Assembly: GCF_001194135.2 (NCBI RefSeq)
Contig: NC_068987.1
Coordinates: 31,646,671-31,704,184, forward strand
Source: Octopus bimaculoides
Lineage: Eukaryota
Direction: 5' to 3'
Length of the DNA: 57,514 nucleotides
The position numbers and the translations under genes were made by a program. The stretch's first letter is position 1. The number at the start of each line of letters is the position of its first letter. Below the pieces are notes generated by a model. That model made no database searches, was not told the DNA's origin, and saw nothing but the letters and a program-made list of their open reading frames with translations. Positions 36,224 through 48,529 of the stretch are shown piece after piece.

Positions 36224-37196
36224 GTCATACGGGAGAGTTACAATCAGGGGTGGATAACAACCTTATAGGAACCCCCTATAGCGCTTTTACCTGGGCAGGT
36301 CATAGTGTCCAAAACTTTATTTACTGTTGGTAAGAGAAGAGTTTCGCCAATACTATGTGGTTTTCCACATATCGCAATTAATTTTGAAAGTTTATAAGAA
36401 ATAACAAACCCTTCTCTATTTGCTTTGTTTGTTTAGTAAACAACCCCTGAGAGTAAAACGATTTTTAAAACCAGGTTTCATTTGGTGAAAGTAGTCCCCA
36501 TCTTTCCGGCTTCATCTGGATGCATTTTGTAAATGTTCAATCATTTTTTAAGGCTCCATTGCCTCATTTGAGAACGAATGTTTTTTCACATATTAAACAT
36601 AATAGCAATTGCTCATTATTTATAGATGGAATAAATCCATATTTCAAATATTCATTCGAGTACTGACAGCACTTTCTTTTCCATCCCTTTCAAAATTTTT
36701 AAGAGGGTAACGCACACAACAGTTGTATATAATTTTATCATTAAACAAAATATAATGGAGATTAAAATATACGAAGAAGACAAGCAGGATCGTGTATCTA
36801 AAAAGTGTTATTCAAGACAGAAATATCACATTAAAAGTTAATTATTCTTCTTCAAACATATCTTATATACTTACTTATCTCTCTCTTATTTTAATAACCA
36901 TTACTAGTTTTATCATGTATAATATAATTACTACTATAGGTAAAATTTAATATGTTAATTGTATTGCCTCATTACCCCCCTCTCTGCTCCCCAAAGCCTA
37001 ACACACACTTTGACGCGCTCTTGGGGGCGGTGCCGCCACCGTCGAGAACCTCACCTCTAGAGTAACAGGCAACAAGATAGGTTCGAATAGATTTTACACA
37101 CAGACACACTAACACAGACACACACAGACACAAACACAGACACACAGACACACACACACACACTCACGCACGCACACACACACACACACACGCACC

Positions 37197-37230
<34 letters not shown>

Positions 37231-37233
37231 GAT

Positions 37234-37370
37234 ACGATGGACTTCTTTCAGTTTCCGCCTACCAAATCCACTAACAAGGCATTGGTCAGCCTAGGGCTAT
37301 TGTAGAAGACACTTGCCCAAGGTGCTGTACGGTGATACTGAATCCGGAACCATGTAATTGGAAAGCAAAG
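37234..37370 (-). mobile_element. SINE family A, 5' half
   Basis: Matches 3490-3620; ends at (CA)n. Confidence 0.85.
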
Positions 37371-38044
37371 TTCTATGCTTGTGTCTATATGGAAGCATAT
37401 AATCCAGCCATGCCTGTGTCTATATGGAAGCATATAATCAATTAAAATTCAATCAGGCAATGCTCAGCTATAGAATTAATTTTTATTGACTGTTCCATAT
37501 GAGATTACCACAGAAATACAACTGAAGGTGACTTGGAAAATGTGAACATGAACTAGCATATTATGCAAAGAACTTCTAATACATTCTGGAAATGATACTT
37601 TGTATGAATTTTCATTCAGTAGTATTTTTGTGTATCTAATGTTTTAGATATGATATGTATTTATTTATATGGTATTTATATATATTTTTTGATTGTCTTA
37701 AAAATTTAGCAGCATAAAACGAAAGGTCACCCTATTTGTTTTTCGCCTTTCAAGTTGCTAAAATTTAAATAGACTTGTATCACACAAATGATATAGCTGA
37801 CACATAGTGGGAATATATACAAAAAAGTAAAATGAAGATCAATACGTTTTTTTATGACGAAGGTAATGACATACATTTAAATCAGTGTAATACAATTGCT
37901 GTGCACCTACGACCTCCTTAGGTTAAAAGTCTTGAATGGATGGTATACAATTGAATCAAATAACATTGATTATATACCAAATAACAACATTGTGGATGTC
38001 TAACACTACTACGACTGCTACAGTTTTCTATTAATATTTTAGTT

Positions 38045-38063
38045 ATGTCTATCTATCTCTCTC

Positions 38064-38110
<47 letters not shown>

Positions 38111-38545
38111 GTCTGTCTGTCTGTCTGTCTTTCTGTCTGTCTGTCTGTATGTAGGTGTGTATCCTTCTGTCTTTCCTTTCTTCTTCTCTTTTTCTATCCC
38201 TCTGTGTCTACATTGATATCAATATACACGTATCCATCCATACATACATACATAAATACATACATACGTACATACGTACGTACGTACGTACATACATACA
38301 TAAACATGCATGCACACACGAATATATATTACTCATAAATGCACACAGAACTATCAATCCAACCACTTATGCATGCATACATACGTGCATATGTACATAC
38401 ATACAAACATTCGTACATATTTATAAACACACATACATAAATACTTACATGAATGCACACATACTTTGTTAGATACACACATTCATACACGCACAGTATA
38501 TACATACATGCACATACATACAAGCATACATATATACACATCATG
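38045..38545. repeat. Compound (CTAT)n/(CTGT)n/(TACA)n microsatellite tract
   Basis: Seen directly. Confidence 0.9.
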
Positions 38546-38813
38546 TCTTGATTATAAATTCTCGTTCATATCTATTAGTCGTAGTGCCAAGGACAATGTA
38601 GCAATAAATTTGCATGAAGCGTAGGAATTTTGGTATTTTAAATGAAATCCATTTAATTAGTGCAGTGTTATGGTCCATCATCCTATGAAAATTAGCCACG
38701 AAAAATTTATATCTGCATCAACAATATATACTTGTCATCACATATTAACATATGTATCTGTTAATGCATCTGCATACTATTTTCTTTATCTTTTAAGTAA
38801 TAACAAAAGCTCA

Positions 38814-38852
<39 letters not shown>

Positions 38853-39389
38853 TAAAATAAAATACACGCCTATTCTGTAGTATCTCGGCTGGGTCATTGC
38901 GCCAATAATGAACACATGCACTGGTTAACTTTCACTTCTTTATTATTATTCGTCAATTGGTTAGCTATCTAACCAATAAGTCGATTGCTTAAATCATTCA
39001 GTTAGTTAACCATTCAGTTGTATCTGCCAAGGTTATTTTGTCACCTCTAGTGACCTCTTCAGTGACATGCTCTCTCTACTCCAGATCAGCTGCTTTAAGT
39101 ATAGTTCTTAAAAATCATTAGTATATGGTTTATTCGATTCATTACATCACCCAAAATGTTAAAATTGTTAATTTCTTTGTACTTAAATTTCTATACATAA
39201 TTTGAAAACGTTGTTGATGTCCTTCGTTTCGAAAAGATGGTATAAAATGTGGTTGAACTAACGGCTTGGCATATTTTCAGCCATTCACGTAATCACTGGT
39301 AGGTCAAACAATTGATCTTATTTACCAATACTAGTGCGTAGGACAAATAAGTATTAACAATAATAATTCTTACATAAACGTCAGTCCAC

Positions 39390-39560
39390 GCAACGAGGTG
39401 GGGAAAGTATTGTGGATTACAACGATCCTAGTAATTGATTGATACTTTATTAATCTCGGAAAGATGAAAGGTAAAGTTGACCTTATCTTGGTTCGAAATC
39501 AAAGTAATGCTATGTAGCTAAATACCGGAAATCATTTTGTATGGTGTTCTAAGAACTTTG
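39390..39560 (-). mobile_element. Highly degenerate SINE family B
   Basis: GGAAAGATGAAAGGTAAAGTTGACCT matches the rc of the B core. Confidence 0.55.
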
Positions 39561-40014
39561 ACACAAACCATCGCTCCTATAAATAACAATAATTTTAATT
39601 ATTGTTCGAAGAAACTTTTATAGAAATTATTTCAACACAAAAACAAACAACCATTTAGACACATACATCAATATTATATATTAATAATAAAATAATGGCA
39701 AAAAAAAAATGAAAAAAATAAAATTTTCTTCTCGCGAAATGCTTGTTAAAAATCTCGAGTGTAGCGCTAACATTTTATTTGTGTTCTTTAAAAATTCAGT
39801 CTTATGACACCAAATATTCGTTTTATCATTAAGGAAATGAATTTCATCTGTTAATCTTACTCAGTCTACAATCCCATTTCCTTACCAGAAATGGAAAAAT
39901 CAGATTTGTACATTTGTGAGCACATTTCTTTTAATATAGCCAGAATATGCCCCAATACACTTCTATTACAGACTCACATTCACACATGTGCGTTTAGTGA
40001 ATAGTTGTTATTGC

Positions 40015-40045
<31 letters not shown>

Positions 40046-40220
40046 AGTGCTGATGTTGAAGTTCTTGTTGGTGATGTTGCTGTATTATTTATTTTTTTAA
40101 AAGAAAAGATAATAATGTACGGGTTTTCAGCACTGATCACAATAATATTAATGATAACGACAACTTTTCATGCATAATAGAAAAAAAAAAATCTTAGATT
40201 TAAAACCATTGAACATTTCT

Positions 40221-40240
40221 CTGTGCAAAATAACAACAGC

Positions 40241-40296
<56 letters not shown>

Positions 40297-40322
40297 TGAT
40301 GATGATGATAGTAATAATAATA
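40221..40322. repeat. (AAT)n(GAT)n microsatellite
   Basis: Seen directly. Confidence 0.93.
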
Positions 40323-40820
40323 AATAACATGAATAAACAAATAAATTAGCAAATGGAATAAATAATATAAGATTCTTATTGAAGCTGTTCAGAGAAATGG
40401 CTCTCACAAAATCTTCAACTGAAAAATATGTTTTTCATTTGAAGTATTAATCTTTAATTGTTTGATATAATCCACATTATTCTTCTGTTAATCTTCTTTA
40501 GGATTATTTTTAGTTTAACCATGCATTCTGATCTCAACATATCTCCACGCATGCGTACACTCTCCCCCATAAACATATATATATATATATATATATGTAT
40601 GTATTATTCACACACACACATACACACATACGAACTCATACACATGCAAACCATGATTATTATTTCCTAATGTCCCCTGTTATTAACTATAAATATTTAA
40701 AGTATTAGATTAATATACATCATGTCGTGGACGTTCTTATATATCCCCCATCCCATATTTAAAGACAGTCACGAACATCTGATTGTCAAGCATGTGGTTT
40801 CAGGATAATTTTTTTTTTAC

Positions 40821-40980
40821 TTTGGCACAAGGTCACAGGTTTCTTGAAAGAGATAAGGGCGCGGCTGTTATTGTGAAAACCCACTTTGGCGCATTGTTGA
40901 TACTTGGAAACCCAGAAAGACGATAAATAATTGATTACAGTGTGATTTGAACTCAGAACTTATTGAGGTGTAATTAAATA
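40821..40980 (-). mobile_element. Highly degenerate SINE family B
   Basis: TTTGGCACAAGG tail and GATTTGAACTCAGAAC B-box segment. Confidence 0.5.
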
Positions 40981-40982
40981 TC

Positions 40983-41466
40983 GGCGGAATCCTGCTTTAA
41001 GCACGCTATATAACCCCTTAGACCTTTTTTTTAATTATTGGAATTTTCGGAATTTTTTTGTGAATTTGTGTTCTACACACGGGAATTCATACGATGATAA
41101 AAGAAATTTACAAAAACAGGTTTGCGAATTTTTTCCCCTTTTTAGATCACAGTGTAAAATACGGACAGTCCGAATTCTATGCTTAAATCCCAGCAATAGA
41201 CCGTTAAATATGTTATGGTGGGGGGGGGGGGATATTGAAAAACATCAATACTGCAGAGTATCAAACAAACGAGGACGGTATGGGTCGTGAGATGTGCTAA
41301 AAATAACAGTGAAATACCCATTAAATCACAACAATTTTTTGTCAGTTTTTGCATAGTTGTATGGATTACCGTGTGTAGAACACAAATTCGCAAAAATTTT
41401 CTGAAAATTCCAATAAGCAAACAAGTCATGAGGGATTATATGGGATGGTTAAAACAAAATTCCGCC
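40983..41466. mobile_element. Foldback/MITE-like element with about 110-bp inverted arms
   Basis: 41035-41092 vs rc 41360-41417 about 52/58 identical; weaker match out to GGCGGAAT/ATTCCGCC ends. Confidence 0.75.
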
Positions 41467-42096
41467 TGTTTAATGCTAGGAGTTTTTACATGAATATCGG
41501 TTGCTTTTTTGAATCTATACAATCGCACACACTATCCACATTTGATACTACGTACATTTAGATGAATCTCGCTGGTATTTGGGTGGCATTCAGTTGTTTA
41601 CATAACTAGGGGGAATTTAATACCTAACTATGGAATGACATACAAACATATTTGTAGATAATCAACTGGTATTTAGGTATGTATTTAACCAAAATTATGT
41701 TAAGAGAGAAGGAGAGAAGATATAAATTGGTTAGAGTTAATATAAAGCAGTATTTCTCAACAATTTTTTTTACCTAATAATTCAGTCCTGTTTTATTCGG
41801 TTGAAGCCTCCTAGTCATTCGATCTTTAAAAAGTCTTATAATATTTTGATAATTAGATATTATTAGGAATTATATAGAAAAAATTATTAAAATATTTTGT
41901 GTATTGAAGAAGTATAAGCAATTTATTGCAGTTGAATTTTATGGATCTCCACAACCATATTTGCGTCTATTGTTCTTCTTTCTATTTTTTCTTTATTTTA
42001 CTGTGAAGGTGTGTGGTACTGTGAAGGTGTGTGGTACTGTGAAGGGTTGTGAAGGTGTGGTTTCAATAGAGGACCTAATGATATTTTGGTTATGAT

Positions 42097-42316
42097 AAGG
42101 CGGAGAGCTGGCAGAATCGTTAGCACGCCGGGCGAAATGCTTAGCGGTATTTCGTCTGCCGTTACGTTCTGATTTCAAATCCCGCCGAGGTCGACTTTGC
42201 CTTTCATCCTTTCGGGGTCGATAAATTAAGTACCAGTTGCGTGCTGGGGTAGATCTAATTGATTGGCCCCTCCCCCCCAAAAAAGAATTTCGGGCTTGTG
42301 CCTAGAGTAGAAAAGG
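42097..42316 (+). mobile_element. SINE family B, full length
   Basis: Near-identical to 9185-9400. Confidence 0.93.
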
Positions 42317-42319
42317 ATA

Positions 42320-42565
42320 TTTAGGTTGTGAGTTTGATTATCGGACTTTGAGTTGTGTCCTTCAGCAAGACACTTTATTTCACGTTGCTCCAGTCCACTC
42401 AGCTGACAAAATGAGTTGTACCTATAATTCGAAGGGCCAACTTTGTCTGCGTTAGGCTGCACGTTAATTTCACGTGAGGGTGGAGCAATTGTCGTCGTAA
42501 CCGACGGAGTGCCTGTAACACACTCATTTACACATATTATGAATAAGGTGACAGACACAGTGAGA
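42320..42565 (+). mobile_element. SINE family C-related copy
   Basis: CORE-like segment, CACGTTAATTTCACG motif shared with 13980-14594, tail GTGACAGACACAGTGAGA. Confidence 0.7.
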
Positions 42566-43139
42566 AGATCGAGGAAAGATAGGCGAGCAGAGTCAAGTCC
42601 AATGCAGAACGGTGGCCTAGGTCACCGAATTTAACAGGCAGTTTAGCTTGTTGCCAGCCGAAGCTGTCAAAATTGATATTGCAGATCAGTTCAGCACAGC
42701 GCCGGATGGTGTCATCAATATTGCTGATGCGGTCTGTGAGAGAGTGACATGGGGCACTGTGTAGTGAGAAAAAGATCTAAGGCAGGGCAAAGCAATTCTT
42801 CAAGAGGAAGAGCTCCGGGTACGAGTCAATGAGGCGCAATTTCTATCATCATGGACTAGTCTGCCAGCTTGGTATCTAGGTATCTCGCGTATCTGTCTGT
42901 CTATGTATGTATCTATAATAGTTCCTCCCGAGTGGCATTTATTATTCAGGGATAAGTTCTGGAGGATCTGAAGTTACATAGTAGCAGTGGGGCGTCACTT
43001 CAATTAAATGCTTTTTGCTGTGGCTGAAGATTTGTGAACCTATGTTTGAGAGGCAAGTATAACTAACTTTGAAAGTGTTTGTATTGCATATTTTGAGATA
43101 TTTCTCTAAACTTAGGAAGTAGTTACCTATTTGCGTGAG

Positions 43140-43450
43140 AAAGCGTCTCACTGTGTCTGTCACTTCTTTTATAATATGTGGTAAATGTGTGTGTAACGCC
43201 CTCCTTCGGTTACTACGAAGTGTGTTCCAGTCTGCTCGTGAAATTAACGTGCAAGTGGCTGAGCTATCCACAGACACGCGTACCTTTCATACTTGGGGAG
43301 ATTCAGTATGACACAATGTGATAAGGCATGGATTACTCAGTTTTCAAAGACAGGTACTACTCATTTTCGCCAGCTGAATGCTATAAAGTGCATTACTCAA
43401 AGACACACCGGATTCACGATCTTACGATCGTGAACCGAATACCTCCACCA
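43140..43450 (-). mobile_element. SINE family C-related copy
   Basis: CTCGTGAAATTAACGTGCAAGTGGCTGAG identical to the family C body; the rc tail matches 42490-42565. Confidence 0.75.
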
Positions 43451-43559
43451 CAAAGCTACGAGCCTTTACATATATATACATACCCCATCCCCTCATATAT
43501 ATTATGTAGTCGTCAGGTCAGAAAATTACCATTGGTTTCACGTGTATTATTGCACTTTA

Positions 43560-44690
43560 CAATATAGGAAACACAGCAGATCTGCTGGTCGGGAGCACAT
43601 AACTTCTTTTCCTGTGGAAATGGAAATCAGTGTTGGTCAGTTCGCTCACAAAACCCCTCCTGAAGTGAAATCTTTTTCGAAGTGAAAAATACTTCTGGGA
43701 GAGACGGAGTTAGCTCTTGAACGGTTCAAGTCGTGTCCGAAAAGAGTCAGTTTATCTGTTTTCCATTCACTAACCAACAAGCATTAAAACCAACGTTTCT
43801 AACATGAATTTTTATCATGAGGGCACCGATTAGAAATTTCCCTTTTTGAATTTAAAAAGGCACCGTATCAAGCAAATATTTTAGGATCCTTGCCCTCTCA
43901 GTCGAGAAAAATTTGCATCATCGACTTCCGTTGAGGTATGGCCCAGGTTCACGGAGCTTCTATTTAATCTTGTATGGCGTTCTCTCTTCTTTTAATCGCC
44001 ATGTATAGGTGGCCAATGCCATGAAGTTGCGCCCTTCTGGGATCATAAATGAGAACCTGTGGTTATTTAGTCGCAGCACAAAGTGGAATGACCCTATATC
44101 CTAAGCCGCTTGCGTGTAGGTTTGTAACTACAGCTTCCAGTGCATCCATACCCACTGCTTTTTCATTTGCCCACAAAACTTGAGGGTGAGTCTGAGATGC
44201 TTTGATCTCTTGACTTGAGTGTGACAGGGATTAAAGTGAGGGAGGGTTGCACAGCGTCATCTGCCTCACTCTTTCGAACCTTCCTATCTGATTCCATAGC
44301 AGAGCGAGGTCAAGACAATTAGAGATAGGTCGGGATGCAGTGTTTAGCCGCAATGTCCTACGTGTCTCACTGTGCTCTATCTGCATCCAACAATGCTTGC
44401 TGGTCCACATTCCTACTCGTTGAATCAGTCTCGTGTTTTTCTCCGCACAGTTCTCTAGGTTCAGTGTTCACTTGCATAAGTAGACAAACCCTTACTCGCC
44501 GAGGGTTGAAAGCTGTCGGTTAACCTCTCAGTGGTTTAGCTGGTCTGTGGAAGCCGTTTCCAGGGGTGTGGCCGCCGTTGCATGCAGACAGCTTCGAGGG
44601 GCTACAAGTGAGAGCGAGGTGTCAGGTGAAAACCAAAGCGGAGGAACTACTTCAAAGTGCACCACATGTTCTCCCATCAGAGATACTAAC
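43560..44690 (-). mobile_element. Possible very degenerate LINE 5' region (RTE-like)
   Basis: GC-richer than its flanks, with only weak endonuclease-like peptide traces; not secure. Confidence 0.3.
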
Positions 44691-44749
44691 CCATACATTT
44701 ATACATACATATATAAACAAAGATAAGGAGGTAGATAGACAAATAGACT

Positions 44750-44778
44750 GATAGACAGGAAGATCGATCGATAGATAT

Positions 44779-44832
<54 letters not shown>

Positions 44833-45014
44833 GGATGAATGGATGGATGGATAGAAAGACTGATAGATAAATAAATAGATAGATAGATATCGAAATAGAT
44901 AGATAGATATCGAAATAGATAGATATATACATTAATAGATAGAGAGATCGATAGAAAAGGAGAAATAGAATGTGTCTACGGCTGTCTGTGATAGGCTCAA
45001 ATTAAGACATCCAC

Positions 45015-45053
<39 letters not shown>

Positions 45054-45090
45054 GAGCGAGAGAGAGAGAGAGCGAGAGAGAGAGAGAGGG
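44750..45090. repeat. (GATA)n and (GA)n microsatellites
   Basis: Seen directly. Confidence 0.92.
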
Positions 45091-45229
45091 TGAGAGATTA
45101 AGTGATGGAGACCGACGGATACACACCTCAAGATGAGAACACACTCACACACACATACACATTCACACACACATACACTTGTAACCGAAGTGTATGTGGT
45201 GATATGTTGGCAACAATAGCGATATATGC

Positions 45230-45665
45230 AGTATATCGAATGAAGAATAAATCTTTTAGAATAGAAATAACTTGAAAAATTGCCGAAACATTTCAATAGC
45301 AAAACATATTTCTTATTAAAATATTCATCATGGTCTTGCAGTAAATCGAACATCGAATGAGGAATGTTGCTTATTACAGAAGTAAATTTAACTGTTTAAC
45401 CATTCTGAACAACAAACATTATTTTATTAAAATATTCACCGTGCATATGCAATATATCGAACATCGAACGAAGAATAAATGATGTATTATTACAAGAATT
45501 AGTTGAAATGCTCAAACATTTTAATAGCAAAATTTATCTTTTATTAAAATACCATGTTCATCGAATGAAAAATACGTTACTTTTTCATAGAAGTAACTTG
45601 AAAAGATGCTCAAACATTTTGAAAGCAGCAAACCAAATTTTTATTAGAATACTCACCATGTCTAT
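45230..45665. repeat. Diverged tandem repeat, about 4 units of 100-117 bp
   Basis: TTATTA(A/G)AATA motif at 45313, 45424, 45541 and 45641; ATCGAA(T/C)GA at 45235, 45352, 45463 and 45560. Confidence 0.75.
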
Positions 45666-46112
45666 AGTTTTATTCTGTTGACATACGCACAAATTATATG
45701 TTAAGTGACAATTATTTCGTTTTCATCATTTTGATTGTTACTTATCGTTATTGTTATTTCTCTTTACTGTCAGAGAATTATTTAAGATAAATTATTCTGC
45801 GGAAATGTATGGAGAATGAGGAATGTTTCCGGTTGGGCACCCCAGGTTTCCAGTACTGAAATCGCCTAACTAAAAGTTCATGGAGTTACAGTAACACTAC
45901 CTTACACCTTGTAACTATGTTATGCGACCGACCAGTATGTTACATTGGGTGTTTAAGAACTTAAAGGAGCATAAAATATCCACACAAACACTGAAAACAA
46001 GGTGAAGATGACTCTCACTTCACACTAGTCTTCAACTGTTTGGGTACGCTTCCTTGCGCACACATTTCCTAGCCTCTAATCACCGTGAAAGGTACCAGTG
46101 ACGTCGCAACTC

Positions 46113-46193
46113 AACACACAGCCCAGTCCACGACTCGAACTCACTATCTCATGATTGTGTGCCCGACGTTTTAACCACTGAGCTATGCATCTT
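46113..46193 (-). mobile_element. Isolated tRNA-like SINE head
   Basis: rc TAGCTCAGTGGTT..GAGTTCGAGTC (A/B boxes), no closing acceptor stem. Confidence 0.65.
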
Positions 46194-46327
46194 CGCACGC
46201 ACCCCCACACATATGTATTATGTATGTATATGTATATATATCTATATGCATTTGTGTGTGTACATAATGTAGATATATATGTGTATATTTATATAAATGT
46301 GTTTCTGAGTATATATTCATGTACGTG

Positions 46328-46388
<61 letters not shown>

Positions 46389-46947
46389 NNNNNNNNNNNN
46401 NNNNNNNNNNNNNNNNNNNNNNNNNNNNNNNNNNNNNNNNNNNNNNNNNNNNNNNNNNNNNNNNNNNNNNNNNNNNNNNNNNNNNNNNNNNNNNNNNNNN
46501 NNNNNNNNNNNNNNNNNNNNNNNNNNNNNNNNNNNNNNNNNNNNNNNNNNNNNNNNNNNNNNNNNNNNNNNNNNNNNNNNNNNNNNNNNNNNNNNNNNNN
46601 NNNNNNNNNNNNNNNNNNNNNNNNNNNNNNNNNNNNNNNNNNNNNNNNNNNNNNNNNNNNNNNNNNNNNNNNNNNNNNNNNNNNNNNNNNNNNNNNNNNN
46701 NNNNNNNNNNNNNNNNNNNNNNNNNNNNNNNNNNNNNNNNNNNNNNNNNNNNNNNNNNNNNNNNNNNNNNNNNNNNNNNNNNNNNNNNNNNNNNNNNNNN
46801 NNNNNNNNNNNNNNNNNNNNNNNNNNNNNNNNNNNNNNNNNNNNNNNNNNNNNNNNNNNNNNNNNNNNNNNNNNNNNNNNNNNNNNNNNNNNNNNNNNNN
46901 NNNNNNNNNNNNNNNNNNNNNNNNNNNNNNNNNNNNNNNCTCTCTCA

Positions 46948-47008
<61 letters not shown>

Positions 47009-47049
47009 TTATACACACACACACACATACATGTATCATCAGTATCATA

Positions 47050-47590
47050 ATCAAGATCCCATACAGTATGCAGTCAGTCGTTGGGGTGTCACTCTAGACT
47101 CTTTCGTAGTTAGCCATCACCACTGGTCTCTGTTCCCTGTCGTGCACAGCAGGTTCGCTGTGTTGCGACCTGTTCTGTTCTTGATGTTTACAAACCAGGA
47201 TTTTCCCTGTCTGCTTCTTTTTTCCCCTCCTTGAACTGTGCCTTGGAAAATGGTTTGGGGCAGGGAGTTGTGGATGGATACGTGACATTACCAGGCAAGC
47301 TTTCATCATTTTACCTGCACAAGAAATGGTTGCTGTCTACTAGTGTATTTATTGACTTACCACCTGGTAAAACTGTTCGTTTTGTGACCTATGTATAGAA
47401 TGTATGAGAGCTTTCTGAAGCACTTGTGCTGAAATACCTGGGTTTTTCGCTCCATGTCAGCTGTAAGAATCCAGCTCTTACATCCATACAGGAAGATCAA
47501 AATCACCATCGTCTTGTACGCTCTCAATAGTCTTGGAAAACTAATAGGATTGATTTTCTGTATGATTTTTAGTTCCGTCATGGCAGTAGA
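47050..47590 (-). mobile_element. RTE/BovB-like LINE 3' fragment
   Basis: ISFP..RAYKTMV..FLYGC.SW.LTAD.ERK.QVFQHKCFRKL..HKTN; downstream GHVTR/QGT..G.RR.GR-like segment. Confidence 0.8.
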
Positions 47591-47769
47591 AGCTAAATAT
47601 ATGTGTATAAGTATAATAATACATACATACATACATACATACATACATACATACAAGAAATACAGAAATGAAACTGATTGATAACATACGTACATACATA
47701 CATAATACATACATACATACATACATACATACATACATACATACATACATACATACGTACATATATAAA

Positions 47770-48290
47770 CACAAGATGGAAGGCATTTAACTCAATAAAG
47801 GATGCGCTCTAAATAAAACTAGACAATGCTGTATATATCAGACTGTTCAACAGCACCGTCCTACCTGCGCTCTTATACGCAGTTGAGACGTGGGCTAATA
47901 CGAAAGGATAGAACATGGGTTTGGCTACGATGCAAAGGCTCATAGAAAGACCCATGCTACGAATGTCATTAAGAAAGCACAATCGAAATGAGATAATTGG
48001 AGAACGGAGAAGAGTGAACGATACGATCGCAGATTACCGGATACACAAATTCCGTTGTGTCGGACATGTCACAAAGTTCACAAACAACAGGTGGGACCGT
48101 GCAGTTGTCGAGTGGTATCCAAGAGATCAGAAAACACCAATTGGAAGGTCTCTGCACCGATCGGAAGACGATTTAGCGACGCAATTTTGGTCAAGATGGA
48201 AAAGAATACCGCAATCAAGATAGAATTGGAAGCGCATTGTGGGCATCGGTGTATAACAACATCATATGGTTTGTTCGATACTGAGATATA
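47770..48290 (+). mobile_element. RTE-clade LINE 3' fragment (different family)
   Basis: LFNSTVLPALLYAVETW..QR..ER.ML..GHV.K..NRW..V.EWYP..GR..R.EDD. Confidence 0.8.
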
Positions 48291-48529
48291 TAGTTTTGTG
48301 TTCTGTTATTAGTAGGATCAACAAAAAATCTACTTCATCCAATGAGCGATAAATATCATTTAATATAAACAGTATTGAAATACGAGCTACTAAACAATAA
48401 TTCGGCAGCTTTACCTACCATTGTTTATGTCTCCAAGGTAGCCTCAAGCTCAAATACACAATATGCATATTCGAACCTGAGAGATTACGCGGAGACGCAT
48501 AAATTGCGGGCAATGTGGTATCTGATTAA

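Larger units (their letters stand above)
34790..36276. mobile_element. ISL2EU/PHIS-like DNA transposon with convergent SAP and THAP ORFs; centre in gap
   Basis: TIRs GGGCTTTCCTATAAG / rc GGGGGTTCCTATAAG (13/15), exact 13-bp subterminal inverted motif, TA on both sides, host hAT continuous across it. Confidence 0.7.
33169..37054 (-). mobile_element. Fossil Buster/Charlie-type hAT transposon, split by a nested element
   Basis: BED finger QYSNEYLKYGFIP..CLICEK..SNEAM..HL..HP (36300-36680); IPLSN..FSLQHDES, ATD.AP.M, IHREHL, FSQFPSL..RFKD..IPD (33420-34785); degenerate CAGTGGTTCTCAA-like ends; CACTAGAA/CTCTAGAG flanks. Confidence 0.85.

Noticed and set aside
33420-36680. Domesticated host genes (ZBED8/SCAND3-like, SETMAR-like, THAP family)
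   Set aside because: The frames have many stops and frameshifts and lie between transposon termini, so no gene symbols were assigned.
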